52,035 nucleotides of DNA from Candidatus Adlerbacteria bacterium (GTDB lineage Bacteria > Patescibacteriota > Minisyncoccia > Phycocordibacterales > SBAW01): assembly GCA_903851045.1 (NCBI GenBank), contig CAINNF010000018.1:69925-121959 (forward strand), written 5' to 3'. The position numbers and the translations under genes are program-made. How positions within the stretch are numbered: position 1 is the stretch's first letter; each line of letters begins with the position of its first letter. The notes under the pieces are model-generated. The model was not told the DNA's origin. It searched no databases and saw nothing but the letters and a program-made list of their open reading frames with translations. This document shows, one piece after another, positions 9,506 to 20,289 of this stretch.

Positions 9506-11179
9506 TTAAGACGACACCTCGGTCGCTTCCAGCGGGGTGACGAATTTCTGTCTATATCGATGATGCAGTGCGGCAGCCGCTTCGGCGAGTTCCTTATTCT
9601 TAAGCAGTACGAGCACGAGCGCCGATACGACGAGCCCAAGCAGGCCCGACGTCGCTCCCTGGAGCAGTAGTCCGAAGGTCGTGTTTATCTCGCCAGCGGT
9701 ACCGGTCAGCAAAAGCACGACATAGGTCACGAACCCACCGATCACGGACGCCGAAAAGCTTTGGAATATGAGCGTCCCGAGTGCAAGATGTGACAACTTG
9801 AAGTCCTTGAGGAAGAAACTGTATCCGACCAGAAACTCGACGATCGAACCGAACGCATAACCCAACGAGAGCATCAACACCAACGTTCCTGGCACATCGG
9901 ACACGCGCAGCACCGTTTCGACGAAATACTGCACGACCAGATTCGTCTTAAAGAGCCATAGGAGCACGAGCGAGGAAAGGACGGATACCACCACGTCGAT
10001 CATGCCGTAATATAACGGTTTCTTCGTGTTACCGGCGGCATAGTAGGCGCGAGCGATCAGTAGTGTTATCGACTGTGCCGCAAGTGACAGGATGAACAGC
10101 GCGAGCGCCGCAGCCGTCAGTCGCGTCGCTCCCCAATCGAACGCGCCAGCACCGAGGATGACGCGCACCAGCTGCGCACGCAATACGATAATGAAAACCG
10201 TCGCAGGTATCGACCAAAAAAAGATATGCCGAAGTGCCGTATCGACATATCGACCGAACTCTGCATGATCCCCCGCCGCATGAAGCCTCGCCAGGGTCGG
10301 AAACGCCGCTACCGAATAGGACACACCAATGATCGTAAGCGGCACCGCCTGCAGGTTATACGCGAACATGAACACTGTGATAGTACCTGCCGACAAGTAG
10401 GATGCGAGCGCAACCAACGCCAACAGTGATATCTGTCCCGCCGCCAGCGCGAGCGTGCGAGGGAGCGAAAGCGCTAGGACCGCGATGAACTCCTTCATTA
10501 GTGTAGGTAGCGGGAGCGGCTCTCCGGCCTTTTCTCCGGCAAAGAACGGTAATTGAACGCACAGGTGCATGAGTGCGCCGAGTACCACACCCCACCCAAG
10601 CCCCGTCACCCCCATACGGGGATACAGTGCGACGATTCCGAAGATGATGCCAAGATTATATAGAAGCGGTGAGATCGAGTAGAGGAAGAACCGACTACGC
10701 AGCTGCGTAAGCGACGCGATGATGTTGGATGCACCGAGGAATATCGGCTGCAGCAGAAGTATACGAACCAACGACACGAGTTCGCCACTTTCGAGTCCTG
10801 GAGCTATGAGATGGACGATCTGGGGTACGAAGAAAGAGACGACCAGCGAGATCGTACCCATACAGACAAAGAAGAGGAATAGGATCTGTCGCAAGAAGAC
10901 GACCATGCGCGCTTCGCTCGCCTGACCCAGACGAGACAGGACAGGCAAAAGTGCATAGAGCGACAGGAGCGAAGCGAACGTAGCGAACAGGAAGTCAGGT
11001 ACCCGGAACGCCGCATAGTAGAGATCGAGCGTGTGGGACGCGCCGAACTGCCTCGCAAGCAAGTGGTCCCGCACCAATGCCAAGAGCTGCGAACCCAGCG
11101 CAAAAGCCGCCAGAAGATAGGCGGCTTCATGCATTCCTCGCACCTCTTTTCCTATCGCACTCAGAAAGGTTCGAACCAT
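9506..11179 (-). CDS. murJ: lipid II flippase MurJ (MviN)
   Basis: [15 protein letters not shown]...[34 protein letters not shown]. Confidence 0.92.
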   Translation of the reverse strand: MVRTFLSAIGKEVRGMHEAAYLLAAFALGSQLLALVRDHLLARQFGASHTLDLYYAAFRVPDFLFATFASLLSLYALLPVLSRLGQASEARMVVFLRQILFLFFVCMGTISLVVSFFVPQIVHLIAPGLESGELVSLVRILLLQPIFLGASNIIASLTQLRSRFFLYSISPLLYNLGIIFGIVALYPRMGVTGLGWGVVLGALMHLCVQLPFFAGEKAGEPLPLPTLMKEFIAVLALSLPRTLALAAGQISLLALVALASYLSAGTITVFMFAYNLQAVPLTIIGVSYSVAAFPTLARLHAAGDHAEFGRYVDTALRHIFFWSIPATVFIIVLRAQLVRVILGAGAFDWGATRLTAAALALFILSLAAQSITLLIARAYYAAGNTKKPLYYGMIDVVVSVLSSLVLLWLFKTNLVVQYFVETVLRVSDVPGTLVLMLSLGYAFGSIVEFLVGYSFFLKDFKLSHLALGTLIFQSFSASVIGGFVTYVVLLLTGTAGEINTTFGLLLQGATSGLLGLVVSALVLVLLKNKELAEAAAALHHRYRQKFVTPLEATEVSS

Positions 11180-11188
11180 TCCCTTATC

Positions 11189-13513
11189 TTACTGCGAAAT
11201 AGGGGCAGTTGTCCTGTTTTGTGGTGTCGGAGTCACTGGAGGCTGCGCGTTCGTGAATGGATTCCTGCCAGCCTGTAGGTTGCTCAGGATCAATTTCACC
11301 TCCTGGTTGTCTGGATTGCTCGTTGCGAGATCGGTGAACTGCGTGATCGCATCAGGGGTGCGATTCTGCGCCGCATAGGAGAGCCCGAGGAAGTACTTCG
11401 CGTTCGCGTAGTCGCTTTGGAGCTTCAGCGCCTGCTCGAGCGGTACGATAGCATCCTTAGTATCACCTGCCGAGTAGTAGAGCAAACCGAGCTCGAACCA
11501 GATGGAGGGAACTCCCGGGGCGCTTTGCACCGCCGCCGTTGCAGCCTTGATCGCGCTCGGAATATCCTTCTGAGCGACATCGAGCTGCACGACATAGAGT
11601 ATCGCGTCGGTATAGTCGGGCTTCAGGGTCAGCGACTGCTGCAGCGCACTGGTCACGCCAGCGAGATTCCCTTTGACCGTTTCAAGACGAGCGACCAGGA
11701 GTGGGATCTGCGGGTTGGTCGGATTAAGCAGCTCGCCCACTTGATACATTTGCTTCGCGTTATCGTACGCGTTCGCGACTCCGAGGGAGTTGAGATAATC
11801 GTACACTCGGCCCAAAGAAACGTACACGCGGTAGTCGTTCGGGTCGAGCGCGAGCGCCGATTTGCCGAGCGGAATGATCTTTTGAGCCTCTGCGGCAAAG
11901 TCCTGCACCTGCTGCGGTGTCGGGGATGTGCCGACAGCGCCTATCTGTTGGAGTCGTGCGAGACCGGCGTCGATACCGAGTCGAAGACCATCACTTGTTT
12001 GCTCTATACCTAACGAGGACGCGGAAAAGGTCTCTGCTTGTGCCACATCACCCTGCTGCAGCGCGATGAGACCCTGGTTCGTATACACTTCCGCAACATA
12101 GCGACGCGCGACGGACTCCGCGCTCCAACCGACCAAGAGCACCAACACGATGGACGCGAAGATGATCGTCGCTTGCATGCCTTGTGACGGTGCATGCTCT
12201 GCCACACCTTCGACCTGGCGCTTGTTGAACACGAACCCTAGTGTTGCCCCGGAGAGCGCGAACGCCAAGAGCAAGATGGCGGGACTCGGCACATAAAAGA
12301 GCAGGCTTGCCCACAGATAGATCGAGCTTGTCGCAAGATAGGTCACGAACAGCTTCTCTCGCTGACCGAAGTGTGATGATCGCAACGTGTATACAAGACC
12401 GATCAATACGAGAATGAACGGCATGAACCACGCAAGAGCACCCAGCACACCAACAGAACTGAGCGCGGTAACGAAACTGCTGTATCCGACATTGAAGTCA
12501 AGGTTCCAGAACGGCGTCTGGTTGACCGAAAGAGGTTTATGTACCAACCATTCCTGACCGAACGTCTGAGGGCCGGTACCGAACACGAATCGTTCGAGTG
12601 AGGAGCCGTGCGCCGCCTTCACGACATCAAGCGACGACGCGAGGTTCGGACGAATCTCCAACGACGATACCGGGAAGATGTTCGTCAGTCCGGTGTTGAC
12701 GACCGCTCCCCACAACAGGAAGAGGGTGCTTACCAGTATCCCAATGACCGGCACCCACGGTACCTGCTTTACATAGTTTGCGGAGTCCGAAGGTCGCCTG
12801 GTCACATATGACCACAAAGCCACTATGATCGAAAAGACGAGCAGTAACGACCATATGAGGGGGAAGTTGATGATGGCGAGGAGGACGACCGACGCGATCG
12901 CAACGATCGAAGCAAAGATACGCTTTTGTAGCGACGTAATGAATTCGAGCGACAAAAGAAGCAGGAGCGGTATCAACCCTACCAGAAGACCGAGGTCGTT
13001 CCATTTGCCGACCAGGTTGACCGAATGGTCTGAGAATGCGCTCGGTAGCACCACTGAGCCGAACAGAATGACGATGAACTGAAAGACCGCCGCGAATGCC
13101 GCGGCACCCGCCAGCCCAATAAACAGCACACGAACGGACCAGAGATTCCGGAAGAGACCTATCCCGAGCACATAGACCAAGAAGCCCAAGATCACAAAAA
13201 GGACGGTATCCGACTCGATTGCGAATCCGCTAAAGCCGACCGTCCGGTCTATAGAGAAAGCATATGAGAGGAGGTATCCGATCGGAAGTATCGCTCCCAG
13301 GAGTATCAGTAACGGACTTCGTTCACGCAGGAGTGACCGCGCACCGCCGCCAACAACGAACAAAATAGAAGCGATGAACAGACATGCGGCAACTATCGCC
13401 GTCTTACCAAGCTGAAGTGGGAACCAAGGACTAGGGATGATAAATAATAATCCGAGAACAAGGCCTGCTACATAGAAGCCCTGAGCCCACGAAAGAAAAC
13501 GTGTATTGCGCAT
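11189..13513 (-). CDS. polytopic membrane protein (O-antigen ligase-like) with C-terminal TPR repeats
   Basis: About 12 TM segments with FG.GP.TF motif, followed by TPRs (ALALDPND, LTLKPDY, YANAKYFLGL). Confidence 0.8.
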   Translation of the reverse strand: MRNTRFLSWAQGFYVAGLVLGLLFIIPSPWFPLQLGKTAIVAACLFIASILFVVGGGARSLLRERSPLLILLGAILPIGYLLSYAFSIDRTVGFSGFAIESDTVLFVILGFLVYVLGIGLFRNLWSVRVLFIGLAGAAAFAAVFQFIVILFGSVVLPSAFSDHSVNLVGKWNDLGLLVGLIPLLLLLSLEFITSLQKRIFASIVAIASVVLLAIINFPLIWSLLLVFSIIVALWSYVTRRPSDSANYVKQVPWVPVIGILVSTLFLLWGAVVNTGLTNIFPVSSLEIRPNLASSLDVVKAAHGSSLERFVFGTGPQTFGQEWLVHKPLSVNQTPFWNLDFNVGYSSFVTALSSVGVLGALAWFMPFILVLIGLVYTLRSSHFGQREKLFVTYLATSSIYLWASLLFYVPSPAILLLAFALSGATLGFVFNKRQVEGVAEHAPSQGMQATIIFASIVLVLLVGWSAESVARRYVAEVYTNQGLIALQQGDVAQAETFSASSLGIEQTSDGLRLGIDAGLARLQQIGAVGTSPTPQQVQDFAAEAQKIIPLGKSALALDPNDYRVYVSLGRVYDYLNSLGVANAYDNAKQMYQVGELLNPTNPQIPLLVARLETVKGNLAGVTSALQQSLTLKPDYTDAILYVVQLDVAQKDIPSAIKAATAAVQSAPGVPSIWFELGLLYYSAGDTKDAIVPLEQALKLQSDYANAKYFLGLSYAAQNRTPDAITQFTDLATSNPDNQEVKLILSNLQAGRNPFTNAQPPVTPTPQNRTTAPISQ

Positions 13514-13568
13514 AGTGACCAGTATAGTACAGACTTATGAAAAACAAGACTCATCAATCCACAGATGC

Positions 13569-13592
13569 AAAACCCCGCCTGTTCGGCGGGGT
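13569..13592 (-). terminator. intrinsic terminator after rnpB
   Basis: ACCCCGCC-gaaca-GGCGGGGT-TTT on the minus strand just past the rnpB 3' end. Confidence 0.7.
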
Positions 13593-13609
13593 CATCGCAT
13601 ATCTAACGC

Positions 13610-14055
13610 GCGCGTCGATAAGCCGAATTCTGTTTCATCCGCTGTAGCTTGAGCGAAGGCGGATCCGCCTTCGCCGAGGCTTCGGCGGACAAGGCAACAA
13701 TTTATCTGGGCCCGATGTCACCATCGGGCTCAAGCGGTACTTCCCGGCAAGCCGGGACACGACCTTGCACCCAAGCAAGGGTTTAGCCGTTTCACCCCTC
13801 GACTTCGCTCGGGGCAAACCCCACGCTTTCGCTTGGAGTCGACCTGATTTCGTCGAGGACTCACCCCGTAAGTGACGAATCACCGCATGGGGTGCCTTCG
13901 GCTTTCGCCTCCGGCGTCTCTGCTCGCACCTCTGGTGCCCGTTAGAAGCACACGACAGGGGTTACCTGCTGCTCTGCTCCAGTGCCATAACGGCACTGGG
14001 GGTGTTCGGACTTTCCTCCCCGACCCTTACGGGTCGGAGTAGCTGCCTGACGCGC
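13610..14055 (-). ncRNA. rnpB: RNase P RNA (class A-like) with palindromic expansions
   Basis: Minus strand begins GCGCGTC..GAGGAAAGTCCGAACAC, contains GGGTGAAACGG..GCAAG and AGATAAAT, and ends AACAGAATTCGGCTTATC-GACGCGC (P4 and P1 closure). Confidence 0.93.
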
Positions 14056-14060
14056 TTGTG

Positions 14061-14567
14061 CTATTGTACCACGATTTTCTGACCGACCGCAATACCTTTG
14101 GCGGCAGTGTATCCAGCAGGCACCTCGAGCACGTACCGCGCCAATACCGATGGTCGAAACACGTTCGGGTAGGTACTCGGCGCAAGGTCTTGGTCGACCG
14201 TAACGATGGTGCCGCTCGCATCAGCCCATATGATATCTAACGAGAACAGCATGTCCTTCATCCAAAAACCTTCGCTCATTGGCGGGTCGAAGACGAACAA
14301 CATACCGGTCCCCTCCGCAAGGGACGAGCGACCGGACAAACCATCTTGCTGTTCTTGCGGTGTCGAAGCGATCTCCACCGTAAGACTATTGTTGCCTATG
14401 GTGATAGTTTTTGTTGGGAGCATGGATTGTCCGCTCGTCAAAGCTGCGGGTGGGGTCGCGACCGGTTGGACGACGGGCGTCCGCGTAGCGTAACTCAGGA
14501 CGACCACGCCGACAATCACCACCATCGCAACGACCACCACACCCGCGTTCAGTGTCTTTTTTATCAC
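14061..14567 (-). CDS. DUF192 domain protein
   Basis: VEIASTP.EQQDGLSGR, GMLFVF, FWMKDM.FSLDIIW, YVLEVPAG. Confidence 0.92.
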   Translation of the reverse strand: MIKKTLNAGVVVVAMVVIVGVVVLSYATRTPVVQPVATPPAALTSGQSMLPTKTITIGNNSLTVEIASTPQEQQDGLSGRSSLAEGTGMLFVFDPPMSEGFWMKDMLFSLDIIWADASGTIVTVDQDLAPSTYPNVFRPSVLARYVLEVPAGYTAAKGIAVGQKIVVQ

Positions 14568-14645
14568 AACAGTAGTATATCAAAAACAGATGTCCGTCGT
14601 GGCAGTATTGTATAATATGACTTTTATGGTACAATTTCACCAACG

Positions 14646-15368
14646 ATGACCCCTATCATCATAAGTATCGCAGCCGGATGTTCGACGCTCGTCGGAGGAC
14701 TGTTGGCGCTGCGTTTGCGTGACCGACTACATCTTATCCTCGGTTTTAGCGCCGGTGCGGTGGTCGCCGTCGCCTTCTTCGACCTGATGCCGGAGGCGCT
14801 GCGTTTGAGCGACACGGTGTTCGGTGTGGAAAATATCGTCTCGTGCGTGGCGCTCGGCTTCCTCCTCTATCTCCTGCTCGACCGGCTGCTGCTGCTCCAC
14901 AACCATGCGCACGAGGACCACGAACACGACGCCCCTCTCGGGCATGTACGGGCTGGTTCGCTGTCCCTCCACAGCTTTCTCGACGGCATCGGCATCGGAC
15001 TCGCCTTTCAAGTGTCGGCAGGTGTCGGCGCGGTCGTTGCGCTCGCGGTGCTAGCGCACGATTTCTCTGACGGCATCAATACCGTCAATGTCGTCGTACG
15101 CTACGGCAACGACCGCACGTCCGCCCTTCGCTGGCTTATCGTCGACGCGCTGGCACCCATCCTCGGTGTCGTCACCACTCTTTTCTTCAGACTTCCCGAA
15201 GCCGAGCTTGGCGTCTTGCTCGCCATGTTCGCAGGATTCTTCCTCTACATCGGCGCAAGCGACCTAGTACCCGAAAGTCACCACGTTCACCCCACCTTTT
15301 GGACCACCGCGATGACCATCTTTGGTGCCGCCTTTCTTTTTGCCGTGATCCGTTTAGCGAGTCTTTGA
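14646..15368 (+). CDS. ZIP family divalent metal transporter
   Basis: GFSAG, His-rich loop HNHAHEDHEH, HSFLDG, AHDFSDG, GFFLYIGASDLVPESH. Confidence 0.92.
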   Translation: MTPIIISIAAGCSTLVGGLLALRLRDRLHLILGFSAGAVVAVAFFDLMPEALRLSDTVFGVENIVSCVALGFLLYLLLDRLLLLHNHAHEDHEHDAPLGHVRAGSLSLHSFLDGIGIGLAFQVSAGVGAVVALAVLAHDFSDGINTVNVVVRYGNDRTSALRWLIVDALAPILGVVTTLFFRLPEAELGVLLAMFAGFFLYIGASDLVPESHHVHPTFWTTAMTIFGAAFLFAVIRLASL

Positions 15369-15389
15369 GCCTGACATCAATCGTACTCG

Positions 15390-17156
15390 CTATACGAACC
15401 CGTGCTTTTGGTGCTCCCACATACGTTTGAAGATGCCGTCTTCGGTGGCAAGCAGTGCTTGGGGGCTGCCACTTTCGAGTATGGTGCCCTGCTCCATGAC
15501 GATGATCCGATCCATCGCACGCAGGGTCGAAAGACGGTGCGCTATGGCGACGACCGTACTGCGGGCGAAGAGCTCTTGGAGACCGTCTTGCACCAGGGCC
15601 TCGCTTTCGCTGTCGAGCGCGCTCGTGGCCTCGTCAAGCACGAGTATGGGTGCCGCCTTCAATATCGCGCGCGCCAGCGCGATACGCTGGCGCTGCCCGC
15701 CGGAGAGCTTTACTCCTCGCTCGCCCACTTTGGTGTCGTAGCCCTGTGGCAAAGCGGCGATGAATTCGTGCGCATGCGCTTGTTCGCTCGCACGAAGCAC
15801 CTCGTCCCGTGTGGCGGACGGTCGCGCGTAGTGGATGTTCTCGAACAGTGTTCGATGAAAAAGCGAGGTGTCCTGCGGCACGTACGACACCAGCGTACGC
15901 AGTGTGTCGAGCGTCAGATCGCCAACCGGTACCCCACCCAGAGAGATGATCCCCTGCTGCGGTTCGTACTGTCGCAGCAGGAGCTTGATGAGCGTGCTTT
16001 TCCCCGCACCCGAAGCACCAACGATCCCGACCCGCTCGCCTTCGCGGATATGGAGCGAGAAGTGTGCGAACACGTCCGTACTCGTGCCTGGGTATCGAAA
16101 CCCAACATCTTCGAATACGAGGTCGCGTGGACCCTGTGTCACGCTGACAGCGCCACCCACCAGCTCGGTGTCGGACGCCTGCAAACTGTGTACCGCGTCA
16201 GAGAGTTCGCCGAACTCACGAATGACATGCATAATCATCTCCCCGAGGTTCCAGATAGCGCCGGTGAGTTGTGGAATTATGGCCGCAACAATGACGAACC
16301 CGCCGACCGTCAGTTCGCCGATCGTAAAGAGATACACGCTCACCACGACGAGCGCCGTCGCGAGCACGACGATACTGATCCCCTCTTGGAACTTGTTGCT
16401 TACGTTCGCCCAACGGGTCCGTTTTTCGACACCGACGAGTCCGCGAACCGTCGCGCGATGCAGCGACTGCTCGTGCGACACCGCACCGAACGCATGCACG
16501 AGCGGCACGTTCCCGAACGTGTCGACGATGGTGCCACTGAGTCCCGCGTGCGCACTCGCGACTTCCTGCGAGAGCCGGTGACTCCAGCGCAGGAGCGGTA
16601 TCGAACTACCGATGAAGAGCACGGACCACGCCAGGAACGTGTAGAGAAGGTACACGTGCGTTATCGCCAAGAGCACACCTGCGGAGACGAGGGCGAGCAC
16701 GACCCAGATCGTCTGCCACGGAAAGAGTTCGACGAAGAACACCGATGCGGTACCCACCTGCTGTATGCGCCTACCGAGGTCGCCTGATAGTTTGTCTTCG
16801 AAGTAGGAGGTCGGGCGTTTGAGTATACGGCTGTACAGGTCGTTCGTGATACGCTCGAACACCGACGTCGTGATGTATATCTCGCATATGTGCGCGACCC
16901 GAAAACAGATCTCGCATGCCAGCAACAACACCCCGATGGCCACCACCGGGAACAGGAACAGGTGGAACGGGGGCATCGCCGGCGCGCGGGTCGCATCGTC
17001 TACGATCATTTTAAGGAAATACGGCAAGCTATACTCGCAGGCGTTCCCCAAGGCAACGAGCGAGAACATGAGCACGATCCGCCAGCGCCACGGCGAAAGC
17101 GCGTACCCAAGGGTGCGCCACGGCGACCGCAAGAATTCGGACCGGTCCTGCATCAT
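15390..17156 (-). CDS. ABC exporter, fused permease/ATP-binding protein
   Basis: TM domain plus GASGAGKST, LSGGQRQR, LVLDEATSALD and IAHRLST; start moved to ATG 17156. Confidence 0.93.
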   Translation of the reverse strand: MMQDRSEFLRSPWRTLGYALSPWRWRIVLMFSLVALGNACEYSLPYFLKMIVDDATRAPAMPPFHLFLFPVVAIGVLLLACEICFRVAHICEIYITTSVFERITNDLYSRILKRPTSYFEDKLSGDLGRRIQQVGTASVFFVELFPWQTIWVVLALVSAGVLLAITHVYLLYTFLAWSVLFIGSSIPLLRWSHRLSQEVASAHAGLSGTIVDTFGNVPLVHAFGAVSHEQSLHRATVRGLVGVEKRTRWANVSNKFQEGISIVVLATALVVVSVYLFTIGELTVGGFVIVAAIIPQLTGAIWNLGEMIMHVIREFGELSDAVHSLQASDTELVGGAVSVTQGPRDLVFEDVGFRYPGTSTDVFAHFSLHIREGERVGIVGASGAGKSTLIKLLLRQYEPQQGIISLGGVPVGDLTLDTLRTLVSYVPQDTSLFHRTLFENIHYARPSATRDEVLRASEQAHAHEFIAALPQGYDTKVGERGVKLSGGQRQRIALARAILKAAPILVLDEATSALDSESEALVQDGLQELFARSTVVAIAHRLSTLRAMDRIIVMEQGTILESGSPQALLATEDGIFKRMWEHQKHGFV

Positions 17157-17229
17157 AGAGCCACAGTACCAAAAAGCGACCAAAGCCACCATCACCCCAT
17201 ACGGTCTCTCGTCCGTGTACAATGACCAT

Positions 17230-18696
17230 ATGCACATCGTGGCGTGGGCACACAAGCACGTCGGTATCATATTGGTCACGCTCGTGATGCTCTGGACGAG
17301 CGTCGCGGTGGTGTACCACCTTGGCACGGAGCCGCTGCAAGACTACGACGAGTCGACGTATGCCCAAGTGGCGCACGAGATACGTACCGAGCATCATCTA
17401 TGCTCGCTCACATACGCGGGCAACGCCTACGTCAGGAAGCCACCACTGTTGTTTTGGTTCATGAGCGCAAGCGGATCGGTCCTTGGTGAGACACCGTTCG
17501 ACTTGCGGCTACCGTCCGCACTATCCGGTATCGCGCTCGTCGCATTGGTCATACTGCTGGCGTTCGAGTTGTCGGGCAGCAGTATACTCGCAGCGTTCGC
17601 AGGAGCCATACTCGCGACGACCAGTCCATATATCGAAGCAGCACGGCAGGTGCGCATGGACGTGCTCGTCACCTTATGTATCGTAGCGACGGTGTACTTC
17701 TTCGTGCGAGCCATGCGTGCGCCCACACAGACCCAACAGGGATGGTTCCTGTTGTTCGGAGTCGCAGCAGGTCTCGCGATACTCGCAAAAAGCGTCATTG
17801 CGGCGTTCGCGCTCGTACCAGTGATGTGCATCATCGTCCTCTGTCGCCAACTGGCGGTACTGTGGAATAAACGACTTTGGTATGGCATCGGTGCCACCAT
17901 CTTTGTCGCGGCGCCGTGGCACATCTACGAGACCGTCCGGCTTGGGTCTGTGTTTTGGCAGCAATATATCGGAGTCGAAGTTATCGCCCGAACACACACG
18001 AACGCGTTCGGTACGGTAATAAATACCAACGACATCCTGTTGCGTTATTTTGAGCAATTCTGCCAACCCTGGCTATTGTTGTCATGTATCTCAGGCGCAC
18101 TCCTGGTGGTCGGATGGTCGACGATCGAGTGCCAGCGACGTGCGTTCGTCGTGTCATGCATCATAACGGTCACCTGTATAGCGACGCTCTTCTTCTCGAC
18201 CGCCACGAAAGCCCCGACCTACTTTCTACCACTGTACCCGTTCGCAGCGCTCGCGATCGCGCTCTCGATCCCGCCGATACCGTCTCGCCTTTTGCGAGCA
18301 CTGCTGCCGGGCGTCCTTGTGTGCCTGGTGTTGGTGGCGGCGCAGTTCACAATCTATAATGCCTATCACCTGAACCCGTACTATGCGTACACGGTCACGC
18401 TCGCACAGGAGGAATCGGTCGTCGCGGCGCTTATCAACAAGACCCCTCTCGCGACTCCCTGGTATGCGTATGGCGATGAGGAGCTCGGGAGCATCAAATT
18501 CTATACCCAGCGGCTCGATCCGCTGGCGGTGAGCGACACGAGCACACCAACACCTGGCTCCCTGATCGTCACCTACTCGAGCGCGTACGCGAATTTTTTG
18601 AAAGAGTACCCGACCATCACCACCACGACACTGTATCGAGGAAGGCACGTAACGCTCCTGCGGGTCGTTCAACCAAAAGAGATGTTCCGTAGATAG
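17230..18696 (+). CDS. ArnT/PMT-like GT-C glycosyltransferase (GT39/GT83)
   Basis: DYDESTYA, KPPLLFW, RLPSAL, R.VRMD, LAKS, PWH, K.PTYFLPLYP; start moved to ATG 17230. Confidence 0.88.
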   Translation: MHIVAWAHKHVGIILVTLVMLWTSVAVVYHLGTEPLQDYDESTYAQVAHEIRTEHHLCSLTYAGNAYVRKPPLLFWFMSASGSVLGETPFDLRLPSALSGIALVALVILLAFELSGSSILAAFAGAILATTSPYIEAARQVRMDVLVTLCIVATVYFFVRAMRAPTQTQQGWFLLFGVAAGLAILAKSVIAAFALVPVMCIIVLCRQLAVLWNKRLWYGIGATIFVAAPWHIYETVRLGSVFWQQYIGVEVIARTHTNAFGTVINTNDILLRYFEQFCQPWLLLSCISGALLVVGWSTIECQRRAFVVSCIITVTCIATLFFSTATKAPTYFLPLYPFAALAIALSIPPIPSRLLRALLPGVLVCLVLVAAQFTIYNAYHLNPYYAYTVTLAQEESVVAALINKTPLATPWYAYGDEELGSIKFYTQRLDPLAVSDTSTPTPGSLIVTYSSAYANFLKEYPTITTTTLYRGRHVTLLRVVQPKEMFRR

Positions 18697-18923
18697 ATGA
18701 ACAGCGAAAGTGTTTGTGCGCTCATGAACACGGCGTCGCGGATATGTATCGAGTACACGAGCGTAATGAGCGTGCCCACGATACTGAGATACCAGAACAC
18801 GCGAGGGATGACGACCTTTTTCTCCTTCTCGGATGCCCACCACTGCACTACGAAACGCAAAAAGAACACGAACTGACCAAAGAATCCTACCGCGAGCCAT
18901 AGATATGCGACAGGTATGGTCAT
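18669..18923 (-). CDS. lipid-A-disaccharide synthase N-terminal (LAB_N) domain protein
   Basis: GFFGQFVFFLRFVVQWWASEK.KKVVIP..FWYLS..G, RDAVF..Q, IYLRN. Confidence 0.9.
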   Translation of the reverse strand: MTIPVAYLWLAVGFFGQFVFFLRFVVQWWASEKEKKVVIPRVFWYLSIVGTLITLVYSIHIRDAVFMSAQTLSLFIYLRNISFG

Positions 18924-19013
18924 AGGAGTGTGTCAGCTCAGTATACCGCGTTCGCCCGCGACGTAAAAAGAACCGCTGTACTCGGGTGAGTACAGCGGCA
19001 GTGGAACAGACGC

Positions 19014-19679
19014 TCATGAAGATGCTTTTTTCTTCTTGCGTTTCGCTTGTATGTTGCCCGGCTTGAGCGTGCTTATGGCGCGAACAGATTTTTTCATTTT
19101 CTTGTTCTTCGTTTTCGATTTACGGACAGTATCGGTCACTCGTTCCCTTTTCGCTTTCGTCCTCGCGTTGGCCAACGTTTCGAAGGCCTCCTCGAGGACG
19201 GCGTACTTGTCCGGTCGACACTCCAGAAGCACTCTGATCTCTTCGCGCACCTGATGGATGGTGAGCCATTGATACCCAGATATCTCACTGAGATCGATCG
19301 TGAGTTCGAGCGGCCCGTCATACACGACATGAAAGAAGAAGTACCGCTTTCGGACAAGCTTACTCTTTTGCATGGACCGAACGCTTCGGGACCCACCGTA
19401 TCCGAAGACCCGAACCTGCGCCTGTTCAAAGCCGACCTCCTCCTTTGCTTCCCGAAACAGGGCTTCGAGCACCGACTCGTTCCGCTCGACCCCTCCCTTC
19501 ACGAGACCGGGGTTCCGAGGCCCGGCCTTACCGGATTCGATGAGCAGGAACTCCCCCGTCCTGGCATGCTCGATAAGCAGAACGACGGTCGCGCGATGTC
19601 GCTCGCTACCACACCTTTTCACCTGCTCACGAATACTTTTGAGCAGGTCCGCATTCAACGGTCGAAATTTCAAGGCCAT
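19014..19679 (-). CDS. NUDIX hydrolase with Lys-rich C-terminal tail
   Basis: Nudix box GGVERNESVLEALFREAKEEVG. Confidence 0.85.
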   Translation of the reverse strand: MALKFRPLNADLLKSIREQVKRCGSERHRATVVLLIEHARTGEFLLIESGKAGPRNPGLVKGGVERNESVLEALFREAKEEVGFEQAQVRVFGYGGSRSVRSMQKSKLVRKRYFFFHVVYDGPLELTIDLSEISGYQWLTIHQVREEIRVLLECRPDKYAVLEEAFETLANARTKAKRERVTDTVRKSKTKNKKMKKSVRAISTLKPGNIQAKRKKKKASS

Positions 19680-19815
19680 GCGTCAAGCCCCCGCAGCTAT
19701 CATCCATAAGCACCATACAGTATTTTACCATATTGTCAAATTTCGATCGTTGACAGAAAAAACATTGTGTAATTATATAAGACCCAGACCACAAACCAGA
19801 ACAAGGGTATGGACC

Positions 19816-20139
19816 ATGAGAACACCTGACCGCAGAAAGACGGGTGTGCTCACTTTCGAGCACACTACTTCACCGCGGCGCGAGGCACAGATAGAACTGC
19901 TGCTGCTCGCGGAGGATCCACGATTTCAGCCAAATTTCGTTTTGGGAGGACACACCCCTCCCGACATGCTTGCGGAGAACGCCCGGAGAGTGGAGCTACG
20001 ATACCGAGAACGACTACAGATACTCAAGAAGCATGGGTTGCTTGAGGAGGAACTCAAAAAGCTCCAAGAGCGAGCCGACGCTCTCAAGGCAAAACTTGCA
20101 GAAGTAGAGAAAAAGATCGCCGACCTCCAAAGCCTGTAA
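19816..20139 (+). CDS. hypothetical coiled-coil protein
   Basis: ATG 19816 after TTGACA at 19750; heptad C-terminus; followed by a terminator. Confidence 0.65.
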   Translation: MRTPDRRKTGVLTFEHTTSPRREAQIELLLLAEDPRFQPNFVLGGHTPPDMLAENARRVELRYRERLQILKKHGLLEEELKKLQERADALKAKLAEVEKKIADLQSL

Positions 20140-20156
20140 CCCAAGCCCAACACACC

Positions 20157-20191
20157 AACGCCCGAGAGTCTCCAACTCTTTCGGGCGTTTT
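20157..20191 (+). terminator. intrinsic terminator
   Basis: AACGCCCGAGAG...TTTCGGGCGTT followed by a T-rich run. Confidence 0.65.
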
Positions 20192-20289
20192 ACTTTTTAC
20201 CCATACAATCCAAGCCTAGATGAATAAGTCAGAAAGGAAAAAGGGAAAGCGCACCTAGGCGGTGGTGCGCTTTTTGTACACGAGACCCT

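Noticed and set aside
15402-16787. 461-aa plus-strand ORF and other long antisense ORFs (for example 25645-26511, 8960-9670)
   Set aside because: They are shadows of clear genes on the opposite strand in GC-rich DNA and have no recognisable motifs.
16819-17327. Apparent 500-nt head-to-head overlap of the ABC exporter and the glycosyltransferase
   Set aside because: It is an artefact of longest-ORF starts; ATG 17156 and ATG 17230 remove the overlap.
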